Below are positions 49,900-55,953 of a DNA stretch of 55,953 bases, in pieces. The stretch spans positions 14,885,047 to 14,940,999 of the forward strand of contig NC_068994.1 of assembly GCF_001194135.2 (NCBI RefSeq). Direction: 5' to 3'. The stretch's first letter is position 1. Each line of letters opens with the position of its first letter. The notes beneath the pieces are model-generated. The model did no database searches. It saw nothing but the letters and a program-made list of their open reading frames with translations, and was not told where the DNA came from. The position numbers were made by a program, and so were the translations under genes. The stretch comes from Octopus bimaculoides. Its lineage: Eukaryota.

Positions 49900-51400
49900 T
49901 AAGCACTGTAAATAGCATAAACAGCAGTTTTGTATAATGTCAAGTTAATAAATAGCTGCAATAACCCGAGTGACTATTGCGAATTAGACACGTAAAAAGC
50001 AGTGGTTTCACCAAAGAAATTAAAAAAAAAAAAAAAAAAAAACGTAAGTCCGTCTACCAACCACACGTTTATGCCGATTAAGTCACAAGATATGCTAGAA
50101 ATAGCAGCAAAATCTACTTTAAATTACACCCACTTGCTGCCTCAAATATTAAAGGCACATAAATGTGGGACACTCTCACGAATCCGGGAAAGGTGGTGAA
50201 ATCGCACCTCCTAATATTCTGGGGCGGTTGCAAAATCAAAATCTACGTTCCGACTTATTTTCTCAGCTTTAGAAAACTGTGTATATAAAAAGTGATCCGT
50301 AAAACGTAGCTAGAAGTTAGGTTTCTTCTGGAAGAAGAAAGAACAGAAATAAATAATAATTTTAAAAAACCAATAAGATCTTGTTTGTACCCCCCCCCCC
50401 CGTAAGGCAAATCTGGTTCCTGAACATGTGGATGGTCTCGGCCGGAATCGTAGATCAGCGTGATCAGAATTGACAGCAACAATAGTAAACTACACATGCA
50501 GAGAGATACACACACGATGCTAAAGGTACAAGAAACCACCAAGAACATGTATCTAGTTTAATGAATAATCTTTTATCTGGCACAGATATGATACAAAAAA
50601 AAATGAAAGAAAGAAAGAAAAACATTGAAGCAAGTTAGTAGACTTGCTAACATTTAGATGATATACAAATAAAATGCTTAAGGTACTTGACTGAGAGTTA
50701 CAGAGATAAATTTCAACCGAAATATTTTTTTCCATCTTTCTTCCTCTAACACGAAGAACAAAACAAGAAGAAAAAGAGGAGGTATTTTTTTTTCTATCTT
50801 GGACTTGGAAAATAGCAAAAAGCAAAATTGTTAGGCAAGCTGGAACACGAGGCTGGTTTTGTAGAGAAATGTTTGCTTGAAATTGTGATAGAACAAAGAT
50901 TGGCAGAGTGAGGAGTCAGCTCGGGTCAAGGCTCTCTGTCAAACTCACAGCTAACTCTCAGCTAAGTAGAGAAGGAAGCATAGGCTAATTAACAGCAGAA
51001 AACAAACCAGGTTACTGTGAACGTCTGACAAAACAACTAGATTCTTCTTCGTTCGAATAAACCGTTTGTTTTTTCTGTCTTCCTTCCCATTTATTTTCTT
51101 AAAGACATCTGATCTTTCCATACTCACCTTTATTGAAACAATATTTCCATAGCAACATTTCTTCTTCTTCTTACGAGGTATTGAAAACACAGATGTTGAA
51201 AGATAGTTGGGTAGAGTTAAAAAAAAAAAAAAAAAAGAAAGTGTGTGTGTGTGTGTGTGTGCGAGTGAAAGAGAAAACGCTGAATTTGAGGGAGAAAATA
51301 CGAATTTACAGTGTGAATATGGAAATAATTGTTGCTTCTCATTAACTCCGCAGCATCACAAATCGAAACGGAAACAGGTTTAAGACACTAGGTCACAAAT
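49900..51400 (-). promoter_or_regulatory. CpG-enriched, SINE-free region: candidate promoter, first exon and first-intron start of a minus-strand gene
   Basis: Visibly more CpG than other unique DNA (judged by eye); consensus donor AAG|GTGAGTA with exon end at 51128; X-box-like GTTGCTATGGAAAT at 51143-51156. Confidence 0.5.
51128..51158 (-). CDS. Possible first coding segment MLLWKYCFNK-G (or 5'UTR)
   Basis: ATG at 51158 in frame to a phase-1 consensus donor; phase fits the 46062 exon. Confidence 0.25.
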
Positions 51401-51891
51401 AACTTACTAACATGCAGTCAGGAATAAATACTACAATAAAAATAACTGAGGAATGTATTGCAATACTGACAGTATAAATTATATATNNNNNNNNNNNNNN
51501 NNNNNNNNNNNNNNNNNNNNNNNNNNNNNNNNNNNNNNNNNNNNNNNNNNNNNNNNNNNNNNNNNNNNNNNNNNNNNNNNNNNNNNNNNNNNNNNNNNNN
51601 NNNNNNNNNNNNNNNNNNNNNNNNNNNNNNNNNNNNNNNNNNNNNNNNNNNNNNNNNNNNNNNNNNNNNNNNNNNNNNNNNNNNNNNNNNNNNNNNNNNN
51701 NNNNNNNNNNNNNNNNNNNNNNNNNNNNNNNNNNNNNNNNNNNNNNNNNNNNNNNNNNNNNNNNNNNNNNNNNNNNNNNNNNNNNNNNNNNNNNNNNNNN
51801 NNNNNNNNNNNNNNNNNNNNNNNNNNNNNNNNNNNNNNNNNNNNNNNNNNNNNNNNNNNNNNNNNNNNNNNNNNNNNNNNNNNNNNNNNNN

Positions 51892-52104
51892 AGTATATAT
51901 ATATATATATGCTATATAAGTAGTATATATATATATGCTATATAAGTAGTATATATATATATATGCTATATAAGTAGTATATATATATATATGCTATATA
52001 AGTAGTATATATATATATGCTATATAAGTAGTATATATATATATGCTATATAAGTAGTATATATATATGCTATATAAGTAGTATATATATATGCTATATA
52101 AGTA

Positions 52105-52135
<31 letters not shown>
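51892..52135. repeat. Minisatellite GCTATATAAGTAG(TA)n, about 8 units, left end in a gap
   Basis: Seen directly. Confidence 0.95.
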
Positions 52136-52139
<4 letters not shown>

Positions 52140-52149
52140 CACAGTATAT

Positions 52150-52540
52150 ATTGATAGAAAAGACAACAAAAGAAAGAAAGAGACCTCGATATTACGTAAA
52201 TAGAGGAATTTATCTGTAAATAATATGTGACATTTATTTGGTAGAGTTTCGGATGCCGGGGCAGAAAAACACGCCACCATCTCTTCAGTAATCTGGCGAT
52301 TTTTCAATGGCTGTTAAAATCTGGGTGAACGGGTTCTTTCCTTTGGTTGTTGAAATAAAATATCTTAGATATATATAAGGATCCCTTCCAGGGACCCATT
52401 ATTGAGCTTTTCAACAATCTGAATATGCCATGAGGTTTCTAGATGAGAGCTCTACTCACGTTTCATCAAAATCGATAAAACGATGTAGGAAGAGTTAGAT
52501 AACAACTCCACAATCACACCCACACACAGAATTTTTCACA
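52150..52540 (-). mobile_element. (TA)n-embedded element with a CTGAAGA...GAAAC hammerhead-like core at 52246-52293
   Basis: Bounded by TA-rich arrays; core motifs seen, cleavage arm missing. Confidence 0.5.
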
Positions 52541-52668
52541 TATATAGTAGATATATAGATATGTATGTATATATATATTTATACACGTGTATATATATAT
52601 ATATATATATGTAGATATATAGTATATATAGATAGATAGTATATATAGATAGATATATATATATATGT

Positions 52669-52739
<71 letters not shown>

Positions 52740-53157
52740 AGATATATATATATATATATAGATAGTATATATAGATAGATAGTATATATAGATAGATATA
52801 TATACATATATATATATGTGAGATATATATATATATATATATATAGATAGTATATATAGATATATATATATACATATATATATATATATGTGTGAGATAT
52901 ATATATATATATATATGTGTGAGATATATATATATATATACACATGCACACACACATACATATATGTGAGATATATATATGTATACATACATACATATAT
53001 ATATATATACATATATATATGTGAGATATATATGTGTGTATACATATCTATATATATATATATCTATATATCTACTACATATATATGTGAGATATATATA
53101 TATATATATATATACATNNNNNNNNNNTATTTGAGGTATACACATATGAGATATATA

Positions 53158-53212
<55 letters not shown>

Positions 53213-53325
53213 TATATATATATGAGATATATACATATATGAGATATATACATATATATATGAGATATATACATATATATATGAGATATATACATATATA
53301 TATATATGAGATATATACATATACA
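52541..53325. repeat. Compound TA-rich satellite (GTGAGA(TA)n, ATGAGATATATAC units)
   Basis: Seen directly. Confidence 0.95.
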
Positions 53326-53329
53326 AAAA

Positions 53330-55480
53330 AAGATCCTCAAACAAGATTGGCCAAAATGTCTCTCCACACCATACATTGGCATGAAACTAGAATAGTTTAG
53401 GTCTTTCTATGCAAACCATATGCCAGAAATATGTCCCAGAGAACATGGCCAACAAAAAAGGAACAAGATTCCAAGGGAGAGGAAGATCCTCATGAGATGA
53501 CGGACTAACGTTGCAAATCACTCCAACTAATATCCCAAAAGTAGTGAAAGGTCCCGCCTAAAAACAACAATGATGGAGATTGAAAAAAGCCTGCAACAAT
53601 CCTATGTGAAGGAGAGAGCAGACAAAGAAGCCTGGGTTATAAAAAATATCAAGTCAAACCTAAAGGCCTTCTTTCATTATGCCAGATAAACAGGCTCAGT
53701 ACACTGCAAAATAGGACCCCTCTTCCAGAAGGATGGCTCCCTCAGATAACCCAACCAGAATCAGTGAGGTACTGAATGACCAGTTCAAAGGTGCCTTTAC
53801 CACCCCACCCCATTGGAACAGACAAGTGAATGAACCAGTGGATTTCTTTGCCGCCTCACCTATAACCAGTGAGGCAGTTACAATGGATTACATCGACATT
53901 GGTGAAGAAGATATAATACTAGCCATAGATGAAGTGGATGCAAACCCAACTGCTGGCCCTGATGGTTTCTCAGCAATCCTCCTCAAATCGTGTAAATGTG
54001 CCCTGACGAAACTACTACAGATTATCTTCCAGAGTTTCCTTGCAAATGGCAAACTGAAGGTGGGAACAATATGCCCAATCCATAAAGGAGGAAGCAGAGC
54101 AGATGCCGAAAATTACAGGCGTAGCTCTCTGACTTCACACACCAGCAAAGTCATGAAATTAACAGAGGGAAACTAATCACATTCCTTGAAGAAAACGACT
54201 TGCTGAGTTGATACCCAGTATGGTTTTCGACCTGACCCAGCTCCTACAGCATTATGATTGGGTGTTGAGGTAGTTATTCAACAACTCAAATGTGGACGTA
54301 ATATACCTTTGCAAAAGATTTTGATAAAGTTGATAATGGTATGATATGCCACAAACTGTATGATCTTCGCATAGCTGGAAACTTGGAGAATGGTTACATG
54401 ACTTTCTGAAAGATAGAAGTCAAGCAGTGGTGGTCAATGGAGCCACCTCAAAGAAAACACAAATAATGAGTGGTGTTCCATAGACCACTGTCTTGGGACC
54501 ACTGCTTTTCATACTGACCCTCTCAGATATGCCTTCAGCTGCCCAGATAGCCATCCTTGCTAGCTGCATAGACGATACGCAAGTCGTGCAGAAAATACAA
54601 AACCCTAGCAATGTTGTAGGAGTTGGACACAATTTACAGAAGGGCTGAGGACAATAATATGCAGTTTAATGCCGGAAAATTCCTAACCTTGCTCTACCAA
54701 CACCCAAAACTGAACGAAAAACTTACAGGTTAGACTGGCCCAGGAGGGATTACAATCCCAGAACTAAAATCAGTGTGGGTCCTGGGTATCGACATGAGTG
54801 ATGATACCTCTTTCCAAGTGCACTTACCAAGATGGTGAGAAAGTACAGACGGTTGGCTGCATGGGTCCTGAGAACATTCAGAACCAGACAGAACAAAACC
54901 ATGATGGTCCTGTGGAGGACATTCATCCTCAGCCGCCTTGACTACTACTCCCAACTGTGGTCACCCACCAGTGTAAAATTAACAGTGGACCTTGAAGCAA
55001 ACCAGCGAAGCTTCACTAAGAAAATCATCTCATTGCAACAGCTCAGCTACTGGGAAAGGGTGAAATAGCTAAGATGCTACTCCCTGGAGCGAAGGCAGGA
55101 GTGATATGCAGTAATATACATCTGGAAGATCCTGGAAGGGAATGTGCCAAATTTTGGCACTGAAAGCTACACAAATGCCAGAACGGGTCACCACCGCATA
55201 GTGCCAAATATCCCAACAATGCCATCGTGCTTCAGGACCAGTTACTGCAACAGCTTGGGTTTCAAGGGCCCACAGGTTTCTAATATTCTCCAAAACTGGA
55301 CCTCTTCCTCTCGAGAGTTCCAGATGAACCCACCTGGCGGCAGGAGGCGCAAATGAGGGCAGTGACATCAAACTTCCTGAATCACCAAATGCCACATATC
55401 AGAGGAGGCTCTCAATAATAAGTGTAGCAAAACAGTGGTGCCCCATCATGGCCACAGCTTTGAGCTGAAAATGATAAAAC
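53330..55480 (+). mobile_element. Decayed, 5'-truncated non-LTR retrotransposon (CR1-clade-like LINE), ORF2 linker plus RT plus C-terminus
   Basis: Frame-broken motifs IKSNLKAFF..IGPL, AGPDGF..LLK.C, PIHKGGSR..ENYR..SLTS, QYGFR, SGVP*TTVLGPLLF (from 54469), CIDDT in place of YADD (54565-54579), SRLDY.SQLWSP, LERR; several stops and frameshifts. Confidence 0.93.
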
Positions 55481-55599
55481 ACACACACACACACACACTA
55501 TATACAAACATACACTGTAAACACATATCTATATGTTAATGCGGTGCTCCAGCAAGGTTGCAGTCAAATGATTGAAACAATAATAATAATATATATATA

Positions 55600-55824
55600 A
55601 ATTATAATTAAGGGTATCTAAAAGATACCACCATGCTAGATATAGCAGTCAAAACTTGACTCTAAAATCACATTAAATGTCCATACAGCACCAGGAAAGA
55701 CAAAGAGACAAAATATTTTGTCTCTTTATCTTCTCTCCTGGTGTTATTTAATGTGGTTTTAGAGCCAAGTTTTGGCTGCTATATCTAGCATGGTGGTATC
55801 TTTTAGATACCCTTAATTATAATT
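55600..55824. repeat. 225-bp near-perfect palindrome with no spacer
   Basis: Arms 55600-55714 and 55715-55824; centre GACAAAAT|ATTTTGTC. Confidence 0.95.
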
Positions 55825-55920
55825 ATTACCTATGATGAGGTTTTTATTCCCATGCTAGACACCTGATATGATCGGTATTTTAAATAACGATCATATCCTT
55901 ATTTACATAAATGTATATAT

Positions 55921-55953
<33 letters not shown>

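Noticed and set aside
52514-53400. Long ORFs of 74-188 aa (IYIYIY...), also at 784, 3601, 35484-36124, 38751
   Set aside because: Translations of stop-free (TA)n/(TG)n microsatellites.
53733-55068. ORFs 53733-54176 and 54832-55068 as host genes or an active RT
   Set aside because: Fragments of one decayed LINE ORF2 with in-frame stops and a mutated YADD motif.

Overview
AT-rich, repeat-dense animal genomic DNA with 7 assembly gaps. There is no prokaryotic-type gene content, and no CRISPR array, rRNA or true tRNA gene. The repeat landscape (very abundant tRNA-headed SINEs carrying internal (TA)n/(TG)n, TTAA-flanked MITEs, a CR1-like LINE) looks to me like a cephalopod, probably Octopus; this is inferred from recognition, not tested. 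Supported content: (1) dozens of copies of four SINE/SINE-like families, here called A, B, C (Deu/Nin-like core) and D; (2) piggyBac-type (TTAA) and hAT-type (8-bp TSD) MITEs with repeated nesting; (3) a decayed 5'-truncated CR1-clade LINE at about 53330-55480; (4) several small minus-strand exon candidates with canonical splice signals (best: 22381-22465 and 25251-25305) that may belong to one long-intron gene starting in a CpG-enriched region near 51.2 kb, product unrecognised. The most interesting signals are: short non-autonomous elements embedded in (TA)n tracts that carry degenerate minimal hammerhead-ribozyme folds of the Penelope-like-element type (26573-26609, 35774-35808, weaker at 52246 and 39768); a covarying 3' stem-loop shared by the CR1-like LINE and SINE family B (a candidate SINE-LINE partnership); two independent insertions of different TTAA-MITEs at the same internal site of a third MITE; and two long near-perfect DNA hairpins (33118-33277, 55600-55824). 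Almost all ORFs in the supplied track are microsatellite, N-gap or SINE artefacts. Most repeat boundaries were read by eye and are approximate unless a TSD is quoted.
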